Notes: a model not told the origin generated them from the letters alone. A DNA stretch of 64,000 bases from an uncultured PS1 clade bacterium (GCA_902609025.1 CACLQD010000002.1:33899-97898); one strand, 5' to 3'; numbered from the stretch's first letter, positions 1 to 10,550 are shown. Numbers and translations are program-made.

Positions 1-284
1 GGATTTGTAGCTCCCATGATTTCTCTATTTTTTAGAATTGCATTCTCTCCTTCTAAAACTTGAACAATTATTGGTGCTGAAGTCATAAAAGCAACCAAAT
101 CTTGAAAGAAAGGTTTTTCGGAATGGACGGAATAGAAACCTTCTGCTTGTTCTTTCGTTAATAAAATTTTCTTTTGAGCAATAATATTTAAACCGGATTC
201 TTCAAAGCAAGATATTATTTTTCCGGTAATATTTCTTTTAATTGCATCAGGCTTTATAATTGAAAGAGTTCTCTCTATAGACAT
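1..284 (-). CDS. ndk: Nucleoside diphosphate kinase, N-terminal ~94 codons (3' end runs off the window)
   Basis: Not in the supplied ORF track. My reverse-complement translation from the ATG at 284..282 reads [25 protein letters not shown]...[39 protein letters not shown], the canonical NDK N-terminal half. Confidence 0.85.
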   Translation of the reverse strand, partial: MSIERTLSIIKPDAIKRNITGKIISCFEESGLNIIAQKKILLTKEQAEGFYSVHSEKPFFQDLVAFMTSAPIIVQVLEGENAILKNREIMGATN

Positions 285-286
285 TT

Positions 287-751
287 TTACCTCATAAAGT
301 TTTCTTCAATCCATTTACCATTATCGTCGGATTTATAAAAGACTATATCTTCGAAATCTTTATTAATATCAACATAATATTTTTTATATTTTTCTAATAA
401 AATTTTATCATTTGTATCAACAATTATAACTACCCTTTCAAAATTATTTATATTATCTGGTAGAAAACCATCGATAGAAAAGAGTAACTCAGCTTTATAA
501 GGATTTTCATTTTTTGTTGAAAGGTAAATTGGAATATCTACTTCATCGGAAATTTCCTCATCTTCTGATAAATGAGGTAAAAAGGAATTTTGTTTATAAG
601 TCCATAATTTCTCATCTATCATTGAGCATTTTTCTTTATCCAGAAAAAGTAATAGCGATTTATAGCCTTTTTCAATTGATTTTTCTATTAAAGTAAAGAG
701 TGTATTTTCAACCTGTAATGGCGCTGAGCTATAAAAAATAATCTGTGTCAC
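287..751 (-). CDS. holC: DNA polymerase III chi subunit
   Basis: 154 aa. The [12 protein letters not shown] segment resembles the chi family LW...SF(V/L)PH. The GTG start directly abuts the pepA stop, and pepA-holC synteny is conserved. Confidence 0.65.
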   Translation of the reverse strand: MTQIIFYSSAPLQVENTLFTLIEKSIEKGYKSLLLFLDKEKCSMIDEKLWTYKQNSFLPHLSEDEEISDEVDIPIYLSTKNENPYKAELLFSIDGFLPDNINNFERVVIIVDTNDKILLEKYKKYYVDINKDFEDIVFYKSDDNGKWIEENFMR

Positions 752-2218
752 TTATTTCTCATAGAACTTTTTGACAAAAGTATCTAATAAATGTACTCCA
801 AAACCTGTTGCCCAACTTGTGTTTGTAGATGTTTTTGGCATACCTGTAGCTGTTCCAGCAATATCTAAATGTGCCCAAGGCACTTTATTAACAAATCTTT
901 GAAGAAATTGTGCGGCTGTAATTGATCCAGCTCCACCCATTCCAATATTTTTCATATCAGCAAATTTTGAGTTTATTAACTTGTCGTAAGATTTGCTAAG
1001 TGGAAAACGCCATACTTGGTCTCCACTCTCCTCTCCGGCATCAATTAAATTTGATGACAACTTATCGTCATTTGAAAATAATCCTGCAATTAAACTACCT
1101 AACGAAATAACCATTGCTCCTGTTAGTGTAGCTAGATCAATCATAAGTTCTGGTTTAAATCTTTTTTGTGCATACCATAATGCATCAGCGAGAACTAATC
1201 TTCCTTCGGCATCAGTATTCTGAATTTCAATGGTTTGTCCAGACATAGATTTAATTATGTCACCAGGTTTCTGAGCTTTACCATCAGGCATATTTTCTAC
1301 CAAGCCAACAATACCAATAGCATTTACTTTAGCTTTTCTCTTAGCTAGTGATAGCATCGTACCAACAACTGCAGCAGATCCGCCCATATCACCAATCATC
1401 TCTTCCATTTTATTGCTTGGCTTAATAGAGATACCACCTGAGTCAAAACAAACTCCTTTTCCTACAAAGCAAATGGGTTTAGTTTTCTTAGCTTTATTTC
1501 CATTCCAATGCATTATCACTAATTGACTTTCTCTTTGACTTCCTTGTCCAACACCCACAAGTGAGTGCATTTTAAGAGCTTTCATTTTTGATTCACCAAA
1601 CACTTCAACTTTTAAACCGTGTTGTCGCAGTTTCTGAATTCTTTGAGCATATGCTTTTGGAAATAAAACATTACTAGGTTCATTAACTAGATCTCTTGCG
1701 TAAAAAACACCGTCAGAAATAGAAGTATATCTATTAAAGCCTTTATTAAGTTTTGTATAATTATTTGATACAATCTCAATTAGTGAAAGCTTAGGATTTG
1801 TAAAGTTCTTTGTTTTATATTTATTAAAAGAATATGAACCGAGAATTGAGCCATAGCCAAGTCTCATTATATTTTCATTATTATTGATTTCTTTATCGAT
1901 GATTACAGAAATTTTGGTTTTTAATTTTGTTAATTCAGTAATTCTTCCTCCGATTTTTTCAAAATCTAATGCACTTACATCTCTCGTTTTATTTCCTAAT
2001 CCACAAATATAAACTGTTTTTAGCTTTCTATCTTTTATACTGTTGATTTCAATTATCTCATTAAGCTTAAACCCAAAACCCTTATTTTCTATTGATTTTG
2101 TTATCTCTTTTATGTGTTTATCACTAAGATCTATATTTTTTAATGCACTTTTTTTAGATAAGACAAGAAAAACAATTTCTGACATTTTATTCAGCTTCGA
2201 TACAAATTTAACTTTCAT
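752..2218 (-). CDS. pepA: Leucyl aminopeptidase (M17)
   Basis: 488 aa. M17 signature NTDAEGRLVLADAL and VGKGVCFDSGGISIKP. Confidence 0.93.
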   Translation of the reverse strand: MKVKFVSKLNKMSEIVFLVLSKKSALKNIDLSDKHIKEITKSIENKGFGFKLNEIIEINSIKDRKLKTVYICGLGNKTRDVSALDFEKIGGRITELTKLKTKISVIIDKEINNNENIMRLGYGSILGSYSFNKYKTKNFTNPKLSLIEIVSNNYTKLNKGFNRYTSISDGVFYARDLVNEPSNVLFPKAYAQRIQKLRQHGLKVEVFGESKMKALKMHSLVGVGQGSQRESQLVIMHWNGNKAKKTKPICFVGKGVCFDSGGISIKPSNKMEEMIGDMGGSAAVVGTMLSLAKRKAKVNAIGIVGLVENMPDGKAQKPGDIIKSMSGQTIEIQNTDAEGRLVLADALWYAQKRFKPELMIDLATLTGAMVISLGSLIAGLFSNDDKLSSNLIDAGEESGDQVWRFPLSKSYDKLINSKFADMKNIGMGGAGSITAAQFLQRFVNKVPWAHLDIAGTATGMPKTSTNTSWATGFGVHLLDTFVKKFYEK

Positions 2219-2287
2219 TTATTTCTCCAAAATAACTAAAACCTAATTATAACTTTTCTATGATAAGTAGTGTATAATCTAAGAGCA

Positions 2288-3394
2288 ATGGCAAGTATAG
2301 ATAAATATATAATTAAAAAACTTTTTATTTCACTGGTGATAGTCTGTATAGCAATGTTATCACTAGCATGGCTTACACAAGTTCTAAGAATGCTTGATGA
2401 AGCAATCATTCGAGGAGCGAGTATTCCAGTTTTTTTAAGCCTAACTATCTCAGTAATGCCTAATATTCTCTCTCAAATCCTACCTTTGGCACTTTTTATT
2501 TCTACAGTATTTGTCTTAAATAATATGGGTAAAGATAATGAATCAATTGTTATCTTATCATCAGGAATCAGTAATTTTAGAACCCTAAAACCATTTCTTA
2601 TATTTGCTACAATTACATCAATTTTACTCATGATATTATCATTATTTCTAGCTCCTGCGGGTATGAGATATTCAAAACTAAAAATGCATGAACTTAAAAA
2701 TGATATTTCAAGTACAATTTTAAGGGATGGATTATTCTCCATGCCTGCAAAAGGGTTAACTGTTTATGCTAAAAGTAAAGAGAGGGATAACTCAATAACT
2801 GGTGTTTTAGTTCATGATAATAGGGATATAGAAAATTCAATCACCTACACAGCGAAAAAGGGGTTATTTTTTAACGAAAATAATGAGTCAAAGTTGATTC
2901 TTATTGATGGGACAATTCAACATAAAAACTCTTTAAAGCCTTCAGGTGGAATAACAACAGTTAAGTTCGAGAGAAATGAATATTCATTTTCAGAATTTCT
3001 TCCTCAAAGTGAAATTTTTAATCTTGACTCAAGTCAGAGATTTTTAAGAGAATTACTTTTTCCTAGAGAAGATGATCCATATGTCAAAAAAAGGATTAAT
3101 AATTTTCTGGCAGTTGGGCATCATAAATTAGCTCAATTATTTCATCCAATTACCTTAATCCTTTTCGCATTCTGCTTTTTAATAAATAAAATTCAATCAA
3201 GAACAAATTCAACTTTAACAAATATATTAGCTGTTACTATTGGTTTTTCATTTCAAATAATTGATTTTTTCTTATTGGGATTTGCTCAATCAAGCATAAT
3301 TGGGATAATTGCTTTGTATATATTGCCTTTATTATGTCTTTTTTCTGTTTTAGTTTTTTATAAAGAAAATTTTGGATTTTTAAGTAAGGTTTGA
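2288..3394 (+). CDS. lptF: LPS export ABC permease LptF (YjgP/YjgQ family)
   Basis: Polytopic permease, divergent from pepA and followed by lptG as in E. coli. The ORF opens at GTG 2270, but ATG 2288 (MASIDKYIIKK) fits the family N-terminus better, so the start is uncertain. Confidence 0.8.
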   Translation: MASIDKYIIKKLFISLVIVCIAMLSLAWLTQVLRMLDEAIIRGASIPVFLSLTISVMPNILSQILPLALFISTVFVLNNMGKDNESIVILSSGISNFRTLKPFLIFATITSILLMILSLFLAPAGMRYSKLKMHELKNDISSTILRDGLFSMPAKGLTVYAKSKERDNSITGVLVHDNRDIENSITYTAKKGLFFNENNESKLILIDGTIQHKNSLKPSGGITTVKFERNEYSFSEFLPQSEIFNLDSSQRFLRELLFPREDDPYVKKRINNFLAVGHHKLAQLFHPITLILFAFCFLINKIQSRTNSTLTNILAVTIGFSFQIIDFFLLGFAQSSIIGIIALYILPLLCLFSVLVFYKENFGFLSKV

Positions 3395-3397
3395 ATT

Positions 3398-4495
3398 ATG
3401 AATCTAACTAAAACGTTAGCTAAATACTTTTATAAAAAATATATAACTACATTGTTGTATTCACTTATTATTTCAACAATATTTGTTTTTATTATTGATA
3501 CTGCTGAGCTCTCAAGAAGAATATCTAAGGCGGGTAATGGGGATATTATTTTATCTATAAAACTTGCTTTCTTTAAATTGCCTGAAATGGTGTTTGAGAT
3601 TTTTCCATTTATAATATTATTTGGATCTTTAGCTACTTTCTACAATATGGCAAAAAGTTCTGAACTAGTTATTTTTCGTTCAAGTGGGGTTTCTATTTGG
3701 AAAATTCTTACCCCTCCTATTTTAGTTGTTTCTTTAATAGGAATATTTTTAATTTTCGTTTTACAACCTTTTATTGCCTTTACCTCTGCAAAATTTAAAG
3801 AACTTGAAGCAAGAAGTATAAGGGGCCAGGTCAGTCTAATTACTTTATCTGAAAATGGCCTGTGGCTTAAAGAAGAAAACTTAGAGAATAATACATATTA
3901 TATAATTCACTCTCTTGGCATGGACAAAAGAAATGGTAATATTGAAAATGTAATTTTTTTTAATTATCAAGAAAATGGTAATTTATTGAGAAGAATTGAT
4001 GCTGATAACGCACAATTATCAAGAGGTAAATGGGCTTTATCTAATGCATGGATAAAAGAAACTGCAGAGACCGTTTATTATGAGAATTATTCAATAAAAA
4101 CAAATCTTACTATTGACCAGATACAAGAAAATTTTTCTCCGCCTGAAACTATTTCTTTTTGGGAGCTACCAAGTTTTATTGCAATTGCCGAAGAAGCCGG
4201 TTTTGTATCTCAAAGACATAAAACAAGATTCTTTAATTTAATAGTATTTCCATTTTTCTTAATAGCTATGGTTTTAGCTGCTGCACCATTTTCAATTAAC
4301 TACATTAGAACAAGCAGAACTAATTTTTTGATTTTTGGCGGCATTATTACTGGTTTAGCTGTTTATACATTATCAAGTGTATCACTCGCTTTTGGATCAT
4401 CAGGAGCAATTAATCCGTTACTGTCAGCAATAATAACGCCCATTATTGCGATCACTGGATCAGTAACTGTTTTGCTTTATACCGAAGAAAGCTAA
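3398..4495 (+). CDS. lptG: LPS export ABC permease LptG
   Basis: 365 aa YjgP/YjgQ-family paralog, 3 bp after lptF. TM-periplasmic domain-TM architecture. Confidence 0.8.
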   Translation: MNLTKTLAKYFYKKYITTLLYSLIISTIFVFIIDTAELSRRISKAGNGDIILSIKLAFFKLPEMVFEIFPFIILFGSLATFYNMAKSSELVIFRSSGVSIWKILTPPILVVSLIGIFLIFVLQPFIAFTSAKFKELEARSIRGQVSLITLSENGLWLKEENLENNTYYIIHSLGMDKRNGNIENVIFFNYQENGNLLRRIDADNAQLSRGKWALSNAWIKETAETVYYENYSIKTNLTIDQIQENFSPPETISFWELPSFIAIAEEAGFVSQRHKTRFFNLIVFPFFLIAMVLAAAPFSINYIRTSRTNFLIFGGIITGLAVYTLSSVSLAFGSSGAINPLLSAIITPIIAITGSVTVLLYTEES

Positions 4496-4497
4496 AA

Positions 4498-6852
4498 ATG
4501 AGTAAATTATTTTTTTTCACATATTTTATTCTTTTTGTATTAATTCCAATTAATGATCTTAAGTCTAATCAAAGTAATGAAAATATTCTTGAAGCAGATA
4601 AGATAGAATATATTAATGAAAGCGGAAAAATTCTGGCAACAGGCTCTGTTTTAATAATAAGAGAAGGGTATAGGCTTGAAGCAGATAAAGTTTCTTTAGA
4701 TCCTTCAAAAAATATTATTGAAGCTGAGGGTAATATAAGGATTAACGAGGGAAATGGTGGTCTTATTACTGCATCAAAAATAAAAATATCTTCAAATCTA
4801 AATGATGGAATTATTGAATTACCAAGAATAGTTACCAAAGATGGGACGGTCTTAACTTCAGATTATGCAATTAGGAATAGCGGTAAAGCCACTATTCTCA
4901 GAAAAGGTTTATTTAGTCCATGTAAAAAATGTGAGTCAAATAATAAAAGGGTTTCCTGGCAAGTTCGTGCAGATAGAATTATTCATGATGAAATTAATGG
5001 TAATATTATTTATGAAGGCGCGAGATTTGAGCTCTTTGGGGTACCTATATTTTATATTCCAATTGCTGGACATCCTAGTCCAGATGTAAAGAGAAGAACA
5101 GGATTTTTAGCTCCCTCTCTTTTAAGTTCTGGAGATTTAGGGGTGGTCCTTAAAGCACCTTATTTTATAAATCTTAGACAAGATTATGATTTAACAATAA
5201 CACCTTGGATTGTAACAAAAGGAGCATTTATTTTTGAAAATGAATGGAGACAAAAATTTAAAAACGGTAGTATAAATTTTTATGGAATTTTAGCCTCTTT
5301 AAGTGACAACTTTAAAGCAAGAACAGTAAATGTAAATAGTGATTGGCAATCAGTTATTAATTCACCCTTTAATACTAATTCAGAATTAGAAAGCTTAGGA
5401 AAGAAATTAGTTTTTGAATATGATGACAATAACCATTCTATTTCAAACGTTGAGGTTGCATCCTTAGACGATCCTCGCCCTTCCTCTATATCAAATGCAA
5501 TTGGCTATGACTATAGAGGTTCTTTTTCTGCAAGAGGAAGCTTTGATTTGAATGATTGGAAAATTGATTTTGATGGTACTTTTGTCTCTGATGATACATT
5601 TTTACGAAGATTTGATTTGAATGATAAAACCGACATCGTATCTTCAATACAAATATCAAAAAATTGGGATAATCTCTCTTTAAAAATAGAATCCAAGCAT
5701 TTTACTCTTCTTTTGCCTGAAAAGGAAGGTTCTGAACCAATTATACTTCCAATTATTAATTTAAACTGGCAACCTAATTTCGAGTTTTTAGGTGGAAAAT
5801 TCAATTTAAACCTCAACTCAATTAATATAATTCGCAAAACAGATGGAAACACACAAAGAATTTCCATTAAAAGTTCATGGAAAAGAAATACTATTACAAA
5901 AACGGGACATTTAATTGATATGGGTATTTTTATAAGAGGTGATTTATATAGATCAACAAAAAAATATATCCCAAACAATTCATCACGACTTCTTCCTTCA
6001 AATCCTTTTGGTGAGGATTTAAATATAACTAGACTATTGCCAAGTTATTTTTTGGAATGGAAATTTCCAGTTGTTTCTCCTAATGGGCACACAATAATAG
6101 AGCCAATAGTTAATTTTACACTCGCACCTAGTGATAAAGAATATTTTCAAATTCCCAATGAAGACTCAATTGCATTCGAGTTAAATTCAGCGAATATTTT
6201 TTTTAATGATAGAATTCAAGGGTTTGATAGATGGGAATATGGGAACAGAATAAATTATGGTATCCAGATTTCACATTTTTGGGGAGATAGAGTGATTAAG
6301 GCTTTATTAGCTCAAAGTTACAGGTTTTCTGATTTAAACTTTTCATATACAGGAAACGGTTTAAGAAAAGATTTTTCTGATTTAATTTTTGATTTATTTT
6401 ATAAACCAAATAAAAACCTTACGATTTCATATAGAGGCAGAATGAATGAAGATGATCTAAATCTTACAAGATCAGAGTTTGATATTCAGGGAAATTATAA
6501 AAGATGGGGATTTAGATTAGGGCATGCTCATCTTGATGATGAGGATTATCTTGACTTAAAAGAACAGAAAGAGCTGAGATTTGCTAATTTCATAAACATT
6601 AATGAAAATTGGCTTCTTCAGGCAGCTATAAGATATGATGTAGAGACCAAAAAATCATTAAGAAATAGACTTTCTGTTGTTTACATTGACGATTGTATAT
6701 CTTTTGAATTAGGATTTAGAAGAAAATTTGCTGAATATCGTGATTTAAAGCCAACGAATTCATTTATGGTTAAATTAAAAGTATATACTTTTGGTGGTGG
6801 GAATATTAATAGTTCAAAAAGACTTGATAGATTATGGGAAAGAGTTGAATAA
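4498..6852 (+). CDS. lptD: LPS-assembly outer membrane protein LptD (OstA)
   Basis: 784 aa with a hydrophobic signal-like N-terminus and an OstA-like N-domain followed by a long beta-barrel-type region. Classical lptD-surA-pdxA-rsmA order downstream. Confidence 0.8.
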   Translation: MSKLFFFTYFILFVLIPINDLKSNQSNENILEADKIEYINESGKILATGSVLIIREGYRLEADKVSLDPSKNIIEAEGNIRINEGNGGLITASKIKISSNLNDGIIELPRIVTKDGTVLTSDYAIRNSGKATILRKGLFSPCKKCESNNKRVSWQVRADRIIHDEINGNIIYEGARFELFGVPIFYIPIAGHPSPDVKRRTGFLAPSLLSSGDLGVVLKAPYFINLRQDYDLTITPWIVTKGAFIFENEWRQKFKNGSINFYGILASLSDNFKARTVNVNSDWQSVINSPFNTNSELESLGKKLVFEYDDNNHSISNVEVASLDDPRPSSISNAIGYDYRGSFSARGSFDLNDWKIDFDGTFVSDDTFLRRFDLNDKTDIVSSIQISKNWDNLSLKIESKHFTLLLPEKEGSEPIILPIINLNWQPNFEFLGGKFNLNLNSINIIRKTDGNTQRISIKSSWKRNTITKTGHLIDMGIFIRGDLYRSTKKYIPNNSSRLLPSNPFGEDLNITRLLPSYFLEWKFPVVSPNGHTIIEPIVNFTLAPSDKEYFQIPNEDSIAFELNSANIFFNDRIQGFDRWEYGNRINYGIQISHFWGDRVIKALLAQSYRFSDLNFSYTGNGLRKDFSDLIFDLFYKPNKNLTISYRGRMNEDDLNLTRSEFDIQGNYKRWGFRLGHAHLDDEDYLDLKEQKELRFANFININENWLLQAAIRYDVETKKSLRNRLSVVYIDDCISFELGFRRKFAEYRDLKPTNSFMVKLKVYTFGGGNINSSKRLDRLWERVE

Positions 6853-6853
6853 A

Positions 6854-8095
6854 ATGAATAAATTTTTTCTAAATTATTTAATACCTAAATTAATAATAAT
6901 ATATTTATTATTTATACCCGCTGCTATTTTTTCGCAAGATATACAGGCAATATCGGCAATAGTTAATGATGAAGTAATCTCGAGATATGATGTTCAGCAA
7001 AGGGTTCAATTAATTGTTTCAACTTCAGGAATAAAGCCCACAAAGGAAAATATATCTAGATTAGAGGTGCAAGCCCTGCGTTCTTTAGTTAATGAAAAAA
7101 TTCAACTTCAAGAAGCAGAAAAGCTAGATGTTCCCTCTTCAGATCAAGAAGTTGGATTAATGTTAGAAAGAATAGCTAATGGCAATCAAATGTCTGGGGA
7201 TGAAATTCTTGAATTAATTAATTCTCAAGGAGTTAGGCCAGATACTCTTCTAAATCAAATAAGAGCAGAATTATTATGGAATAAAATAGTGAGAGGAAGA
7301 TATGGATCATATGTTAATGTAAATGAAGATGAAATATCGATTGTTTATGACAGAACAATTGAAAGTATTGGAAAAGATCAATACGAGATATCTGAAATAT
7401 TCTTAGGTTATGAAAATTCTTCTGAAGAAAGTGAAGCAAGTTTACTTGCAAATAGGTTAGTTGAACAATTAAGATCAGGAGCTTCTTTTTCTGCTGTTGC
7501 ACAACAATTTAGTCAATCTTCAACTTCTGGACAAGGTGGCTATATTGGATGGGTGGCTGAAGGTCAATTAGATAAAGAAATCATAAATAATGTTAGAAAC
7601 TTAAATAAAGAAGGAATCTCAAATCCAATAAATTCCTCTGGAGGCTATTATATAATCCGCCTTAATGATATTACTAAAGCTGGAGGAAAAAACCCATTAA
7701 GAAACCAGTATGACCTAATTTCAATAATCTTTAATAAAGACGATTTTGAAGATGCAAATAATTTTGCAAGAGAATTTATCTCTTGCAAAAGAATAGACAC
7801 ATTAACAGAAAAATATAATGAAAAAGAAGTTAATTATATTGGTAAGAGAATATTAAGCGACCTCCCAAACGACTTACATGAAGAATTATTAAATAAAGAT
7901 GCTGGTCAAACTCTTGATATTAGAGAAATTGGAGAAAATATTAATTTAATTTTAATATGTGATAGAAAAGATGATGTAGGTCTTCAGGTTTCAAGAGAGG
8001 CAATAGAAGATAATATTTACTCACAAAAGATTGGTATGATGTCTAGGCGATATCTTAGAGATTTAAGACGAGATGCAGTAATTGAGTATAGATAA
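6854..8095 (+). CDS. surA: Periplasmic chaperone / peptidyl-prolyl isomerase SurA
   Basis: Signal peptide after ATG 6854 (MNKFFLNYLIPKLIIIYLLFIPAAIFSQ), SurA N-domain and a parvulin-like segment (GGYIGWV). The track ORF from 6791 overlaps the lptD 3' end and is probably an artefactual extension. Confidence 0.75.
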   Translation: MNKFFLNYLIPKLIIIYLLFIPAAIFSQDIQAISAIVNDEVISRYDVQQRVQLIVSTSGIKPTKENISRLEVQALRSLVNEKIQLQEAEKLDVPSSDQEVGLMLERIANGNQMSGDEILELINSQGVRPDTLLNQIRAELLWNKIVRGRYGSYVNVNEDEISIVYDRTIESIGKDQYEISEIFLGYENSSEESEASLLANRLVEQLRSGASFSAVAQQFSQSSTSGQGGYIGWVAEGQLDKEIINNVRNLNKEGISNPINSSGGYYIIRLNDITKAGGKNPLRNQYDLISIIFNKDDFEDANNFAREFISCKRIDTLTEKYNEKEVNYIGKRILSDLPNDLHEELLNKDAGQTLDIREIGENINLILICDRKDDVGLQVSREAIEDNIYSQKIGMMSRRYLRDLRRDAVIEYR

Positions 8096-9093
8096 TGCCA
8101 TTGAATAAAGAACTTCCCATAGCAATATCAATGGGTGAACCTGGTGGAATCAATATTGAAATTATTTTAAATTGTATCAAAAAAAAATTACCAGATTTTT
8201 TTCTTATAGCTGATCCAGATTGGGCTGCAAAATCTGTAAAGGCCTTAAATTCTTTTGCGAAAATTAATATTATAGAAAATATAAAGCATTGTTCAAAAGG
8301 ACATTTGAATATTTTACCAATAAAAAATAAAGTTAAGTTTGGTTTTAAAAAATCATATTATCAAAATGTCCCTGCTATTATTGAGTCATTAAATCTTGCT
8401 ATTAAATTAGCTAAAGAGAGAAAAGTATCTGGTATTGTTACTCTTCCAGTGATGAAAAAAACATTAATAATTAATGGTTTTAATTACCCTGGGCATACTG
8501 AATATCTCGGTAAAGTCTCAAATAAAAGACCTTTAATGATAATGTTAAATAAAAAGTTAAAGGTCGCAACTTTAACAACTCATATACCCATTTCTCAGGT
8601 GCCAAAAAGAATTACAAAAAGCAATCTAGAAAAAACGATAAAGGTTTACATTGAAACCTTGAAATTAGATTTTGGATTAAGTGATCCAAAAATAGCGGTA
8701 AGTTCACTGAATCCTCATAGTGGTGAAGAAGGAAAAATTGGAAATGAAGAAATTAAAATTATTAAACCTATAATTGATAAATTTGTTAAACAGGGAAATA
8801 AGATTAATGGACCGAAATCAGCTGATACAATGTTTCATAAAGAGGCACTTAAAAATATTGATGCAAATTTATGTATGTTTCATGATCAGGCTTTAATACC
8901 AATTAAATCTTCAGATTTTTATGGCTCAATTAATTTTACAGCAGGTCTTCCTTTTATAAGAACTTCGCCAGATCATGGAACAGCTTTTGACATTGCAGGT
9001 GAGAATAAGGCAAATAGCAAAAGTTTAGCTAATGCCATTAAGTATATAAATTTGATTTATAATCAAAGAATTAAAAATGAAAAAAAAATATGA
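8095..9093 (+). CDS. pdxA: 4-hydroxythreonine-4-phosphate dehydrogenase
   Basis: 332 aa. Motifs GHTEYL, LNPHSGEEG and SPDHGTAFDIAG. Lies between surA and rsmA. Confidence 0.87.
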   Translation: MPLNKELPIAISMGEPGGINIEIILNCIKKKLPDFFLIADPDWAAKSVKALNSFAKINIIENIKHCSKGHLNILPIKNKVKFGFKKSYYQNVPAIIESLNLAIKLAKERKVSGIVTLPVMKKTLIINGFNYPGHTEYLGKVSNKRPLMIMLNKKLKVATLTTHIPISQVPKRITKSNLEKTIKVYIETLKLDFGLSDPKIAVSSLNPHSGEEGKIGNEEIKIIKPIIDKFVKQGNKINGPKSADTMFHKEALKNIDANLCMFHDQALIPIKSSDFYGSINFTAGLPFIRTSPDHGTAFDIAGENKANSKSLANAIKYINLIYNQRIKNEKKI

Positions 9094-9931
9094 AAATTCA
9101 TTAAGAGAAATTATAAATGAATATAATATAAAGCCTAAAAAGAAATTAGGGCAAAATTTTCTTCATGATAAAAATATAATTTCTTCAATAATTATCAAGG
9201 CTGATGTAGAAGGTGAAGATATTATTGAAATTGGACCAGGACCAGCAATTTTAACAGAGAGCATACTTAAAAATAAAGCAAGATCACTTTTGGTTATAGA
9301 AAAAGATAATTCATTTGAAATGAATTTAAAAAAAATAAAAAATAATTACAAAGATAATTTTGATTACTTAATTAATGATGTAATTGATTTTGATTTTAAA
9401 ACATTGACTAAAAAAAATTATAAGTTTGTCTCAAATTTGCCATATAATATTTCTGTCCCTTTCATCCTTAAAATGATTAAAATTAGGAAGATAATACCCT
9501 GGAAAGAAATGATTTTAATGGTTCAGAAAGAAGTTGCTGAAAGAATTACGGCAGATATAGGTACAAAAAATTATGGACGATTATCTATAATAGTAAATCT
9601 AAATAATGATGTAAAAAAATTATTAAATGTGAAGCCTTCGTCTTTTATTCCAAGACCTAAGGTTGACTCAACAGTTATAAAAATTTCCCCTAAAAATAAA
9701 CACATAAATGTAAATGATGAAGTTTTTGAAAAAATCGTTAAAATTTGCTTTAGTCAAAGACGAAAAAAAGTGAAGAATAATTTAGATCAACTGAATATAA
9801 ATACTATTTCATTACTTAAATTATCAAATATTGATCCGGATATAAGGGCTGAAAATATTGATATTGAAGGGTTTTTGAGAATTTCAAGAAATTATGAAGA
9901 ATTAATTAAAGAGAACCTCGAAGATTTTTAA
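9077..9931 (+). CDS. rsmA: 16S rRNA (adenine1518/1519-N6)-dimethyltransferase
   Basis: KKLGQNFLHDKNI, EIGPGPAILT and NLPYNIS motifs of the KsgA family. Confidence 0.88.
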   Translation: MKKKYENSLREIINEYNIKPKKKLGQNFLHDKNIISSIIIKADVEGEDIIEIGPGPAILTESILKNKARSLLVIEKDNSFEMNLKKIKNNYKDNFDYLINDVIDFDFKTLTKKNYKFVSNLPYNISVPFILKMIKIRKIIPWKEMILMVQKEVAERITADIGTKNYGRLSIIVNLNNDVKKLLNVKPSSFIPRPKVDSTVIKISPKNKHINVNDEVFEKIVKICFSQRRKKVKNNLDQLNINTISLLKLSNIDPDIRAENIDIEGFLRISRNYEELIKENLEDF

Positions 9932-10550
9932 CAATTTTTTGAGTATTAATTTGCCTATGATTTTTTAATCTTTCAGCATTAAGAATACTTATAATCCCTT
10001 CAACTGTCTTATCAAAATCATCGTTAACCAAAATATAATCATATTCTGCATAATGACTCATTTCATCTGATGCCCTAGACATTCTTTTTTGAATAATCTC
10101 ATCCTCATCTTGCTTTCTTTCCTTGAGCCTTCTTTCTAATTCCTTTATCGATGGAGGTAATACAAAAACCTTAACAAGATCGTCTTTTGAATTATTCATA
10201 AGCTGTTGTGTTCCTTGCCAGTCAATATCAAAAAGCATATCTCTACCTTTATTTAAAATTATTTGAACCGGTTTTTTGGGAGTACCATAATAATAATCAA
10301 AAACCTTTGCATATTCCAAAAATTCATTTTGTTCCCGCATAAATGCAAAATCATCATTATTTACAAAAAAATAATCTTCTCCATCAATTTCACCTGGTCT
10401 TGGTGGTCTTGTTGTATAAGATATTGATAGAAATAGCTCTTTATCCAATTCCAGAAGTTTTCTTGATAAAGATGTTTTGCCTGCACCCGAGGGTGAGGAC
10501 AAAACAAACATTAAACCTTTTCGTTTTATTTCATTATCATTTAGTTCCAT
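9906..10550 (-). CDS. gmk: Guanylate kinase
   Basis: P-loop SSPSGAGKTS, TTRPPRPGE..DGEDYFF. Confidence 0.9.
   Translation of the reverse strand: MELNDNEIKRKGLMFVLSSPSGAGKTSLSRKLLELDKELFLSISYTTRPPRPGEIDGEDYFFVNNDDFAFMREQNEFLEYAKVFDYYYGTPKKPVQIILNKGRDMLFDIDWQGTQQLMNNSKDDLVKVFVLPPSIKELERRLKERKQDEDEIIQKRMSRASDEMSHYAEYDYILVNDDFDKTVEGIISILNAERLKNHRQINTQKIVKNLRGSL

Noticed and set aside
5511-5978. 155-aa ORF antisense to lptD, the longest shadow ORF in the track.
   Set aside because: It lies entirely inside a well-supported lptD reading frame. It has a low-complexity, Ser/Leu/Phe/Ile/Lys-rich composition with no recognisable motif. It is typical of a frame-complementary shadow ORF.
6791-6853. Upstream extensions of track ORFs: surA from 6791, lptF from GTG 2270, mlaF from 17698, APH from 28365, MazG from 43901, MBL hydrolase to 52784, and DAHPS from 58656.
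   Set aside because: The extensions begin at non-ATG codons and/or overlap the preceding gene, or add non-family residues. Internal ATGs give N-termini that match the family (signal peptide for SurA, and so on). The starts remain uncertain by a few codons.
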